From contig JBBSVV010000005.1 in the NCBI GenBank assembly GCA_038046625.1, positions 55,693 through 72,122 on the forward strand: a DNA stretch of 16,430 bases. Reading direction: 5' to 3'. The DNA comes from an archaeon. GTDB lineage: Archaea > Iainarchaeota > Iainarchaeia > Iainarchaeales > Iainarchaeaceae. Below, one piece after another: positions 1 to 7,547 of this stretch. The notes beneath the pieces were generated by a model. The model was given only the letters and a program-made list of their open reading frames with translations. It was not told where the DNA came from and made no database searches. Every line of letters begins with the position of its first letter. Positions within the stretch are counted from its first letter, which is position 1. The position numbers were made by a program, and so were the translations under genes.

Positions 1-23
1 AGAAAGAGCGCCGGCAATACGAT

Positions 24-242
24 TTATTTGCCGAACTGCTTGAGCGCAAGCTTAATGTCTGCTGCAACAACCGTTTTCCGGTTAGCATGTTTCGCAAACT
101 CGTTCGCCTGCTGGCTGATTTTTATTCCTTCTATCTCCAGAGCCTCGCTTAGCGCCATCGCGGCATCCTCGCTAACCCTATTCGCTCCGGCTTTCCTTAC
201 AATCCTGTCAACAGCCGCTAAAGGCAAAATATGGTCTGACAC
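24..242 (-). CDS. Archaeal histone (HMfA/HMfB family)
   Basis: 72 aa; [22 protein letters not shown]...[14 protein letters not shown] histone-fold signature; GTG start preceded by SD AGGTGAT (complement at 248-254). Confidence 0.96.
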   Translation of the reverse strand: MSDHILPLAAVDRIVRKAGANRVSEDAAMALSEALEIEGIKISQQANEFAKHANRKTVVAADIKLALKQFGK

Positions 243-247
243 GAATA

Positions 248-287
248 ATCACCTATAAAAAAGGTTTCAAACACAAGTTTATTTAAA
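248..287 (-). promoter_or_regulatory. Histone gene promoter: TATA box TTTAAATA (280-287) and SD AGGTGAT (248-254)
   Basis: Archaeal TATA consensus at plausible spacing from the transcript start; strong SD 5 nt before GTG. Confidence 0.65.
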
Positions 288-292
288 ATAAG

Positions 293-344
293 GGGCTTTT
301 TTGGGCAAAAAACCCCCAAAAAAGCCCTGTTTTTGCCCCAAAAA
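293..344. repeat. Overlapping inverted repeats with phased A/T tracts
   Basis: GGGCTTTTTTGGG (293-305) / CCCAAAAAAGCCC (315-327) is a perfect 13-bp IR; alternative pairing GGGCAAAAA (303-311) / TTTTTGCCC (330-338). Confidence 0.75.
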
Positions 345-423
345 TCCTTTCACGCCTTTTGCGTTTGCCGCAAAGGACCTTATTTGTTTCATTATTTATG
401 TCCTTTCATATTACTAATTGCTC

Positions 424-2706
424 ATGCACTTTGTGGCGCACCCATTTATCAAGCCGGAAACGGTTGAATCAAAACTCTACCAGGAAGTGATTGCCGCGCG
501 CGTGCTGGAAAAAGGCAGCACGCTTGTTGTCGCGCCCACAGCCCTGGGAAAAACCATTATTGCCATCATGGTTTCGGCCGAAGTTCTGAGGAAAGGGAAA
601 AAAGTGCTCTTCGTTGCGCCAACAAAGCCGCTTGCGGTGCAGCACGAAAAGAGCTTCAAAAAATTCCTGAACATCCCCGAAAATGAAATTACTGTACTTA
701 CGGGCGCGCTTTCCCCCGAAAAAAGGAGGAAAATCTTTGAATCCGCAAAACTCATTTCGGCCACTCCCCAGAGCATCCAGAACGACATGGTTTCAGGGGA
801 CATAAAGCTCGGGGATTTTGGCTTGGTTGTTTTTGACGAGTGCCACCGCGCAACAGGAAATTACAGTTACGTTTTCATTGCGGAACAGTACATGAAACAG
901 TGCAAGGAACCATTGATTCTCGCGCTAACCGCGTCTCCCGGAGGCGAAGAGGAAAAAATCCAGAGCGTATGCAGGAATCTGTTCATCAGGAACGTGGAAA
1001 TACGCACCCACGAGGATGACGACGTGAAAGAATACATCAACCCCATAAAAGTCGAGTGGGTTCGCGTCGAGCTTCCGCCGAAATTCATGGAAATAAAGAT
1101 TCTCCTTGAGCGATTCCAGAAAAGCCAGGTTGATTCGCTCAAAAAAATCGGAATAGGCATTGGAAAAAAATATTTTTCCCGCAAGGACATTCTCCGGATG
1201 CAGGCAATTGTGCGCAAGGACCTCATCACAAAGGCAAGGACAAACCCTTCGCTTTACGCAGCAGTGTCAAAGCTTGCGGCCCTGCTCAAGGTTTCGCACG
1301 CATTGGAGCTCCTTGAAACCCAGGGCAGCCACGCGCTCAATGATTACCTGGGCAGAATCGCTTCAGAAAGCTCCCTTGGCGGCGCCTCAAAAGCGCTACG
1401 CTCCGTGGCTTCGGATGAAAACATAATGAAGGCTGCCGAACTCACAAAAGAACTCATCAGGCAAAAGCACATGCACCCGAAACTCGAAGCATTGAAGCAC
1501 ATTCTCGTTGACCAGTTCTCCTCAAAGCAGGAAAGCAAAGTAATTGTTTTCAACCATTACCGCGACAACATACGCGCAATCGACAATTACCTTTCAACAA
1601 TCCCGCTGATCAGGGCAAAGAGGTTTGTCGGGCAGGCCACAAAAGGCGAGGACAAGGGCCTGACCCAGAAGGAACAGGTGCAGATTATTCAGGAACTCAA
1701 GGAAGGAAAATACAATTGCCTCATTGCCTCAAGTGTTGCCGAGGAAGGCCTCGACATTCCGGAAGTGGATTTGGTTGTTTTCTACGAGCCCGTTCCCTCG
1801 GAGATAAGGATGATCCAGAGGCGCGGGCGGACCGGAAGGAAAAGCGAGGGAAAGGCCATTGTTCTGATGACCCGGGACACAAGAGATGAGGCCTTTTACT
1901 ATGCTTCGCGCGCAAAGGAAAGGAAAATGCATTCCACCCTCAAACAACTGCAGTCGCCGCACGCAATACCCGAAAAAAAACTTGATTCGCAAACTACTCT
2001 CGCAAAGTACTCCGAGGGCTATGCCGAGCGCATAATCATTTATGCCGACACCCGCGAACAGGCCTCAAGCGTGGTTTTGCGCCTCAAAGAAATGGACGCC
2101 ACAATTAACGTGAAGCAGCTTGAGGTCGGGGATTTTATTCTGAGCGATGAAGTGGTTGTTGAACGCAAAACGGTTGCTGATTTTTTGAGCTCGATAATTG
2201 ATGGCAGGTTGTTCAACCAGCTCACAATGATGAGCTCGAATTATGCGGCGCCCTTGATAATGCTAGAGGGCAATCCAGAGGAGCTTTACACTACGCGCAA
2301 CATTCACGAGAACGCAATCCGCGGAATCCTCGCGTCAATAGCATTGAATTACCGTGTCCCGATCCTTTATACGCGCGACGAGGAAGAAACCGCGCGCTTT
2401 TTGTACCAGATTGCGAGGCGCGAACAGCTTGGAAAGGAAAATGAAATCAGGCTCCGCGTTGGCAGGAAAGGTCTCACGACAAAAGAGCAGCAGCAGTTCA
2501 TGGTTGAAGGCTTTCCATTGGTGGGGCCGAACCTCGCGAAAGCTTTGCTGAAAAAGTTCGGAACAATCCGCGCAATAGTGAACGCAACCTTGAAGGAGCT
2601 GCAGGAAGTGGACAAAATGGGCCCGATAAAGGCGAAGAAAATCCACGAAGTGCTGAATGCATATTACGGCAAGGATGAGGAAAAACCAAAGCAGGAAGGA
2701 GATTGA
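424..2706 (+). CDS. hef: Hef helicase-nuclease (SF2 DEAH helicase + ERCC4/XPF nuclease + HhH; FANCM-like)
   Basis: APTALGKT, DECH, TAS and QRRGRTGR helicase motifs; DTRE, GDF and VERKT..D ERCC4 motifs; C-terminal (HhH)2; ATG at 424 (TTG at 418 alternative). Confidence 0.96.
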   Translation: MHFVAHPFIKPETVESKLYQEVIAARVLEKGSTLVVAPTALGKTIIAIMVSAEVLRKGKKVLFVAPTKPLAVQHEKSFKKFLNIPENEITVLTGALSPEKRRKIFESAKLISATPQSIQNDMVSGDIKLGDFGLVVFDECHRATGNYSYVFIAEQYMKQCKEPLILALTASPGGEEEKIQSVCRNLFIRNVEIRTHEDDDVKEYINPIKVEWVRVELPPKFMEIKILLERFQKSQVDSLKKIGIGIGKKYFSRKDILRMQAIVRKDLITKARTNPSLYAAVSKLAALLKVSHALELLETQGSHALNDYLGRIASESSLGGASKALRSVASDENIMKAAELTKELIRQKHMHPKLEALKHILVDQFSSKQESKVIVFNHYRDNIRAIDNYLSTIPLIRAKRFVGQATKGEDKGLTQKEQVQIIQELKEGKYNCLIASSVAEEGLDIPEVDLVVFYEPVPSEIRMIQRRGRTGRKSEGKAIVLMTRDTRDEAFYYASRAKERKMHSTLKQLQSPHAIPEKKLDSQTTLAKYSEGYAERIIIYADTREQASSVVLRLKEMDATINVKQLEVGDFILSDEVVVERKTVADFLSSIIDGRLFNQLTMMSSNYAAPLIMLEGNPEELYTTRNIHENAIRGILASIALNYRVPILYTRDEEETARFLYQIARREQLGKENEIRLRVGRKGLTTKEQQQFMVEGFPLVGPNLAKALLKKFGTIRAIVNATLKELQEVDKMGPIKAKKIHEVLNAYYGKDEEKPKQEGD

Positions 2707-2707
2707 A

Positions 2708-3316
2708 ATGCCTCTGAAGCCACTTCCAAAAGAACTTGTTGCAAGATTAAGAAATATTGCAGGAAAACTTGAACGCGATTACAGGCATGATAATATTTAC
2801 CGTTTTTTAGGGCGCATGAAAAATGTTGACCCGAGACAACATCGTAATCGCGCCGGCCCCAATAGTACTGTGGATTGGGGGCGGCGAATAAGGGAACTTG
2901 ATGTCGGTAAAAATTTTCCCAATAAAAAGGTCGTTATTAAGCGAGTTCACGGGTATTCTGCGGAAAGTCTTTTACAAACAATATCAAACCGGGTGTCATA
3001 CCACAACAAAAAATTTCCGGCTAAAAGAAATTATACTCTCCTGATGCCAAAAGCATATGCCATAGGAGGGCAGCTCATAGCTATGTCCAAAATAAGCTGC
3101 CCTCCAATTGATGACATCAGATTAAATGCTTTTGAAAACCCTGATTCTGAAGCGTTTTTTAGAAAACTAAAGGAAAAACACAAATTTTCTGATAACGATG
3201 TTGTCAGTGCATTTCAGGAGCTGGCCAGAAGAATTCCTGTTACTGAAGATCACATTGTTCTGGCGGGTTACAAAAATGGAAAATTCCTTTTTCTTCCGCT
3301 TTTAGACATAGGCTGA
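2708..3316 (+). CDS. Hypothetical basic protein, AT-rich, possible degenerate protein-kinase-like fold
   Basis: 202 aa from ATG at 2708, 1 nt after the hef stop; fills the gap to convergent cgi121; lower GC than flanking genes. Confidence 0.75.
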   Translation: MPLKPLPKELVARLRNIAGKLERDYRHDNIYRFLGRMKNVDPRQHRNRAGPNSTVDWGRRIRELDVGKNFPNKKVVIKRVHGYSAESLLQTISNRVSYHNKKFPAKRNYTLLMPKAYAIGGQLIAMSKISCPPIDDIRLNAFENPDSEAFFRKLKEKHKFSDNDVVSAFQELARRIPVTEDHIVLAGYKNGKFLFLPLLDIG

Positions 3317-3323
3317 TGGTGAC

Positions 3324-3833
3324 TCACTTTTCCAGCGCAACAAGCGCGCACTTTTCAATCACGAGCTCTTCCAGAGCACTCTTCGAATCCTTCATTGCTT
3401 CGAGCTCACGCTTCGAAATTCCGAAAATTTTCATCAACTCTGCCTTGTTTTTGCCGATTTCGAATTTTTTTTCCACAAAACCTATTCCGCGCGCGATTTT
3501 TTTTATTTCCCCTGATTTTGCAACCAAAAGAAGCGGCTCTTTCCCGAACTCCGCAATCTCCAAAGCGCGGTTCAACTGCTTTTCGGCGCAAAGCCTTATT
3601 ATGAATTCGAGTTCCGGCTTTCTCGCGAATGCGCTTCCCAACTCAAACGCGGATAATGCGTGCTCCAAGGCCGTGAAAACATGGTTAAAACCCGCAACAA
3701 TGCGCAGCGGAACCAGTTGGGCAAAGGAATTTTCGGAGGCAATAGTAAGATTTTTAATGGTCGCGTCGTAAGAATCATTAGAGATTCCCGTTAATGCGGA
3801 GAAATCTCCGAATTCGAGTCTTTTTGAAGGCAT
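3324..3833 (-). CDS. cgi121: KEOPS complex subunit Cgi121
   Basis: 169 aa; Q...HVFTALEHA..AF....FARKPELEFIIRLCAEKQLNRALE and LEELVIEKCAL match the Cgi121 pattern. Confidence 0.88.
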   Translation of the reverse strand: MPSKRLEFGDFSALTGISNDSYDATIKNLTIASENSFAQLVPLRIVAGFNHVFTALEHALSAFELGSAFARKPELEFIIRLCAEKQLNRALEIAEFGKEPLLLVAKSGEIKKIARGIGFVEKKFEIGKNKAELMKIFGISKRELEAMKDSKSALEELVIEKCALVALEK

Positions 3834-3873
3834 TATAATAACAATAAATGCTTGTTTTTAAAAACGTGATAAA
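3833..3873. promoter_or_regulatory. Compact divergent promoter region cgi121/rps8e
   Basis: 40-bp gap; TTATAATA (3833-3840, + strand) and perfect palindrome GTTTTTAAAAAC (3854-3865), a plausible TATA for a leaderless cgi121. Confidence 0.5.
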
Positions 3874-4377
3874 ATGACGCAATGGCACCACAAGGGCAAA
3901 AGAACCAAAACCGGCGCAATGCGCACCTCGTTGAGGCGAAGCGACAAGAGATTGGCGTGGAAAGGCGGCGACCCCGTGCACACGACTATTGCACAGGACG
4001 AAAAGGCAATTGAAAGGGAAAAGGAAAAGAAGATGGGCAACTCCCTGAAAGTCAGGCTGAAAAAGGACAAATTCATGTACGCAACGGATGCCCACGGAAA
4101 AACCAGGAAACTCGAAATTCTTGCTGTCGTTGAAAACGATGCGGACCGCCAATTCGCCAGGCGAAACGTAATAACCAAAGGCGCGGTTGTCAAGGCAAAG
4201 AGCGGAGACCACGAAGTTTTTGCCAGGGTAACGTCAAGGCCGGGGCAGCATGGCACCATTACCGGAAAAATCCTTGAAAAGTACGAGCCCAAGAAAGCAG
4301 GGGCTTCTTCCGAACATTCAGAAAAGCCCAAAAAGGCCGAAAAACGCAAGAAACAGGCGAAAAGGATCGAAGAGTGA
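3874..4377 (+). CDS. rps8e: 30S ribosomal protein S8e with Lys-rich C-terminal extension
   Basis: KRTKTG, GNSLKVRL, VVENDADRQFARRNVITKGAVV and ARVTSRPGQHG motifs. Confidence 0.95.
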   Translation: MTQWHHKGKRTKTGAMRTSLRRSDKRLAWKGGDPVHTTIAQDEKAIEREKEKKMGNSLKVRLKKDKFMYATDAHGKTRKLEILAVVENDADRQFARRNVITKGAVVKAKSGDHEVFARVTSRPGQHGTITGKILEKYEPKKAGASSEHSEKPKKAEKRKKQAKRIEE

Positions 4378-4382
4378 ATACC

Positions 4383-4452
4383 TTGATTCCTGATTCTGGT
4401 TCTGAATCCTGAACCGCAACATTTATAAATCATGACAGCAGCAGTTATATAA
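4383..4452 (+). promoter_or_regulatory. tfb upstream region: degenerate TGATTC-type repeats followed by two TATA boxes
   Basis: TGATTC/TGATTC/TGGTTC/TGAATC/TGAACC units (4384-4415); TTTATAAA 4422-4429; TTATATAA 4445-4452. Confidence 0.5.
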
Positions 4453-4528
4453 GTTCTCTCACTGGTTTTTGAGCTAATTAAAGAGTCTTTAAACCTAAAA
4501 TTGCTTGGTGGGTAGAATATCAAAGTCA

Positions 4529-5452
4529 ATGGGGAGTGGGAATTTGACTGATGCAAAATGCCCTGAATGTGGCGGCAAGAATATTGCCAGAGACGACGAA
4601 AAAGGCGAAATAATCTGCGGAAACTGCGGATTAGTGATTTCTGAAGACGAGGTTGATTTGGGAAAGGAATGGAGAAGCTTTGATTCAGACCAAATGGAGG
4701 AGCGCGCAAGAACCGGCTCCCCGATGAAGTACGTAAAGCTCAACAAGGGTTTAGTAACGATGATTGACAGGCGCGGAACCGATTTGAGGGGTAACAAGCT
4801 TTCCTCGAAGTCAAGGGCGCAGATGTACAGGCTCATTAAATGGCATAAGAGGGCCTCAATAAGCTCCTCGATGCAGAGAAACCTTTCAATAGCATTAACC
4901 GAATTGAGGAGGATTGCGAGCTATCTGAATACTCCGGAACAGCTTGTCGAAGCCGCGGCATTGCTCTACAGGAAAACCGTGAAGAAAGGCCTCATAAGAG
5001 GGCGCTTAATCGAAGCGGTTGTTGCCGCTGTTTTGTACACGGTGTGCAGGAACTACAATGTTCCGAGGACACTGAACGAAATGGCTGAAGCATCCGGCTT
5101 GACAAAGAAGGAAATCGGAAGGACCTACAGGTTCCTTGTCAGGGAGCTCAAGCTTGACATCCCGCTCACGAACCCGATTCATTATATCCCGAGGTTCGCA
5201 TCCGAACTCAACCTTTCCGGAGAAGTCCAGGAAGAGGGGCGCAAAATACTTGAAGAGGCAATCAAGAACGGCCTCATCTCCGGAAGAGGCCCAACCGGAG
5301 TCGCGGCTGCGGCCGTGTACATTGCTGGCCTTTTGAAGGGGGAGCGCAGGACACAGAAAGAGGTCGCAAGCGTTGCCGGAGTAACTGAAGTAACGATCAG
5401 GAACAGGTACCGCGAACTCAAAAAGAAATTGAATATTGAAGTCGTGGCGTAA
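4529..5452 (+). CDS. tfb: Transcription initiation factor IIB (TFB)
   Basis: Zn ribbon CPECG...CGNCG, B-reader EWRSF..RARTG, two cyclin repeats, GVTEVTIRNRY; start ATG 4529 or TTG 4544 (SD GGAGTG upstream). Confidence 0.98.
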   Translation: MGSGNLTDAKCPECGGKNIARDDEKGEIICGNCGLVISEDEVDLGKEWRSFDSDQMEERARTGSPMKYVKLNKGLVTMIDRRGTDLRGNKLSSKSRAQMYRLIKWHKRASISSSMQRNLSIALTELRRIASYLNTPEQLVEAAALLYRKTVKKGLIRGRLIEAVVAAVLYTVCRNYNVPRTLNEMAEASGLTKKEIGRTYRFLVRELKLDIPLTNPIHYIPRFASELNLSGEVQEEGRKILEEAIKNGLISGRGPTGVAAAAVYIAGLLKGERRTQKEVASVAGVTEVTIRNRYRELKKKLNIEVVA

Positions 5453-5466
5453 AAGCGTAAACTTTT

Positions 5467-5511
5467 GGAATCGCCGCTTAATTGCGGCGGTTTCCTTTTT
5501 CTATTTTTTTT
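5467..5511 (+). terminator. Hairpin plus oligo-T terminator after tfb
   Basis: GGAATCGCCGC-TTAATT-GCGGCGGTTTCC followed by several T tracts. Confidence 0.7.
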
Positions 5512-5608
5512 AATTTTGTTGTAACTTATTTTTTTGCGGAATAAATTATGCTTTTCTAAGCAAATGCCACTTCTTTTTAATTCTCGCTTCCTAATTGTAG
5601 CGGTTCGA

Positions 5609-6259
5609 ATGCTCATTGCGGGAATTGATGAGGCGGGAAGGGGCCCATGTTTGGGCCCGATGGTGATGGCCGTTGCTCTCATAAAAAAAGACGACGAGGA
5701 AAAGCTTGTCGGGCTCGGCGTGAATGATTCGAAACTTCTCAGCGCAAAGGAACGCGAGCGCCAATTCCCGGAAATAAAAAAAATCTTGCTTGAAAATGAA
5801 TGCATCCACATTTCGCCGAAAGAAATTGACGAGTACAGGCTGCACAAAAGCCTGAATGAGCTCGAGGCAATGCATGCCGCAAGGCTCCTGAATGCGCTGA
5901 AGCAAAAACCGGATGTTGTTTACGTGGATTCTCCGGACATTGTGATGGAGGAGTTTGCAAAAAGAATCCGGAAATACATTTCATTCAAAACAAAAATAAT
6001 TTCAGAGCACAAGGCGGACTTAAATTACCCGATTGTTTCAGCGGCTTCCATAATTGCAAAAGTGGAGCGTGACGGCGCAATTAAAAAACTTGCGCTTGAG
6101 TTCGGGGAAATCGGTTCTGGTTATCCGGGCGACGAAGTAACGATTAGGTTTTTAAAGAATTATTTGTTACAGCATAGTGTCATGCCAAAATTTGCCAGGC
6201 AATCTTGGCAGACAATAAGCGCAATGGAGAACGAGAGGCTCCAGAAAAAACTGTTTTGA
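5609..6259 (+). CDS. rnhB: Ribonuclease HII
   Basis: GIDEAGRGP, DSKLL, KAD..YPIVSAASIIAKVERD, GSGYP; C-terminal PIP box QKKLF; ATG at 5609. Confidence 0.97.
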   Translation: MLIAGIDEAGRGPCLGPMVMAVALIKKDDEEKLVGLGVNDSKLLSAKERERQFPEIKKILLENECIHISPKEIDEYRLHKSLNELEAMHAARLLNALKQKPDVVYVDSPDIVMEEFAKRIRKYISFKTKIISEHKADLNYPIVSAASIIAKVERDGAIKKLALEFGEIGSGYPGDEVTIRFLKNYLLQHSVMPKFARQSWQTISAMENERLQKKLF

Positions 6260-6271
6260 GAAAGTGGTTTG

Positions 6272-6766
6272 ATGGCTCACTGGAAAAAAAGAGGCTTTGA
6301 TGATGACACTCTTGATTTCGAGAGCCTTGAGGAGATGCTCGAGGAGCTTGTTTTTGAAAATTTCAGGGCAGAGGACCTTGATTTTACGAAGCCGCTTGAC
6401 ATCGGCTTCAACATCAGCATTGATGACAACGGGCATCTGCACATAAACGAGTTCGGGGTAATAAGGCCACAGTACGCAAAAGAAAAAAAGGCCGAGGAAA
6501 AGCCGCTCGTTGAAATGATTGACCTTGGAAGGGAAATACTTTTGGTAGTTGAAACCAACACTTTATCGGAAAAGGAGCTTGACATACGGGTTATGGACCA
6601 CGCGGTGCTGATTTCAAACCACAAAAACAGGAAACAGGTGGACAAAATAGTTTTTCCGGAAAAGGTTGTTGAGGAAAGCATCCGCAGCAGCTACAACAAC
6701 GGGATTCTTGAGCTGAGGTTCTCGAAGAAAGCCGGGAAAAAGAGCGTTGCGGAAGAAAAAAAGTGA
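6272..6766 (+). CDS. hsp20: Archaeal small heat-shock protein (Hsp20/alpha-crystallin)
   Basis: GFNISIDDNG..INEFG, PLVEMID..ILLVVE and SSYNNGILEL pattern of archaeal Hsp20. Confidence 0.85.
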   Translation: MAHWKKRGFDDDTLDFESLEEMLEELVFENFRAEDLDFTKPLDIGFNISIDDNGHLHINEFGVIRPQYAKEKKAEEKPLVEMIDLGREILLVVETNTLSEKELDIRVMDHAVLISNHKNRKQVDKIVFPEKVVEESIRSSYNNGILELRFSKKAGKKSVAEEKK

Positions 6767-6929
6767 AACAACCCAACCCCCTACGGGGGTTCCGTTGACG
6801 GTGAGTTTGCTTCGCAGCAACCCAAGACCCATAAAAGGAATTTCGTTGACGGAAAGCCCACCTTGCACCAAATGGCACGAGGTCTCGTCCCCGTAGGGGG
6901 CAAGACGCCTTTGGGCGCGGGTAATTCAC
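6767..6929 (+). mobile_element. Non-autonomous IS200/IS605-family remnant: right end / TnpB omegaRNA-like scaffold without ORF
   Basis: Removing a 43-bp insert and one AC copy restores AAGCCCACGCCTTTGGGCGCGGGTAATTCAC, a typical IS605-type right-end hairpin ending in TCAC; upstream stem 6790-6800/6844-6854; GTGAGTT (6801-6807) complementary to terminal AATTCAC. Confidence 0.72.
6862..6904. repeat. 43-bp palindromic mini-insertion with CTTGC/GCAAG terminal inverted repeats flanked by AC direct repeats
   Basis: AC[CTTGCACCAAATGGCACGAGGTCTCGTCCCCGTAGGGGGCAAG]AC interrupts the 5' arm of the right-end hairpin. Confidence 0.65.
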
Positions 6930-7495
6930 TGCAGATTTTTTTCAGGATTTCCGGCGCCTGCATTGGCCGTTGAATCATCGTCTTCCGGAAGGCCCTCAAT
7001 CTCCTTCTCGCTTTGCGCATTCACTGCGGATTTCTTTGCCGCACTTGCAAAGTACTCGCGGAATTTTGGGGTCGTGTTGATAATGTAAGTTATTCCCTTC
7101 TTATCTTTTTTTATGAATCCCTTTTCGCGCAGCACCCTGATGTGCTCGTACGCCTTGCTGTTCCTGAAGTTAATTACCTCTGACTGCTTAACCGGCTGCT
7201 TGTAGGCAATGTATGCAAGGGTTTTCATTATGCCCTTGTTCAGTTCCGGGGAAGCAGCCATGTGGCCGACGTTATCCTCATATTTCCTGCGCACCGTCAT
7301 GCGGATGCCGCCGGCTTCATCCCTGATTTCTATGGAACTGTCCCGGGATTCATATTCGTGCATCAGTTCGTTCACTAAAACACGGGTTTCCGCAACGTTG
7401 GAGTTTATGCTTTTGGCCAGGTCCCTGAGGGCAACCACTCCTGGCGACATGAATAATGCGGCCTCAAGCATCTTTTTTGATTCTTTTTTGTCCAT
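6926..7495 (-). CDS. scpB: SMC-Scp complex subunit ScpB
   Basis: LEAALF, KTLAYIAYKQPVKQSEV..RNS.AYEHI..L.EKGFI and TTPKFREYF motifs; unstructured acidic tail. Confidence 0.93.
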   Translation of the reverse strand: MDKKESKKMLEAALFMSPGVVALRDLAKSINSNVAETRVLVNELMHEYESRDSSIEIRDEAGGIRMTVRRKYEDNVGHMAASPELNKGIMKTLAYIAYKQPVKQSEVINFRNSKAYEHIRVLREKGFIKKDKKGITYIINTTPKFREYFASAAKKSAVNAQSEKEIEGLPEDDDSTANAGAGNPEKNLQ

Positions 7496-7547
7496 GCAAT
7501 CAGGAAATTGAAAGTAGGAATTAATTAATATTAGTTTCCTATTGGCT

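Noticed and set aside
372..406. AAAGGAC/GTCCTTT inverted repeat upstream of hef
   Set aside because: 7-bp arms with a 21-bp spacer and no second occurrence; cannot be distinguished from chance.
3858..4709. 283-aa minus-strand ORF (also 5182-5847, 7707-8273, 3316-3771)
   Set aside because: Antisense shadows of well-supported genes (rps8e/tfb, rnhB, reductase, cgi121).
6591..6929. 112-aa minus-strand ORF MNYPRPKAS...
   Set aside because: It is the reverse read of the IS605-type right end plus antisense hsp20, with no protein motifs.
6767..6929. CRISPR mini-array, tRNA, SRP or RNase P RNA
   Set aside because: No regularly spaced repeats, no cloverleaf or T-loop, too short, and lacking SRP/RNase P conserved motifs.
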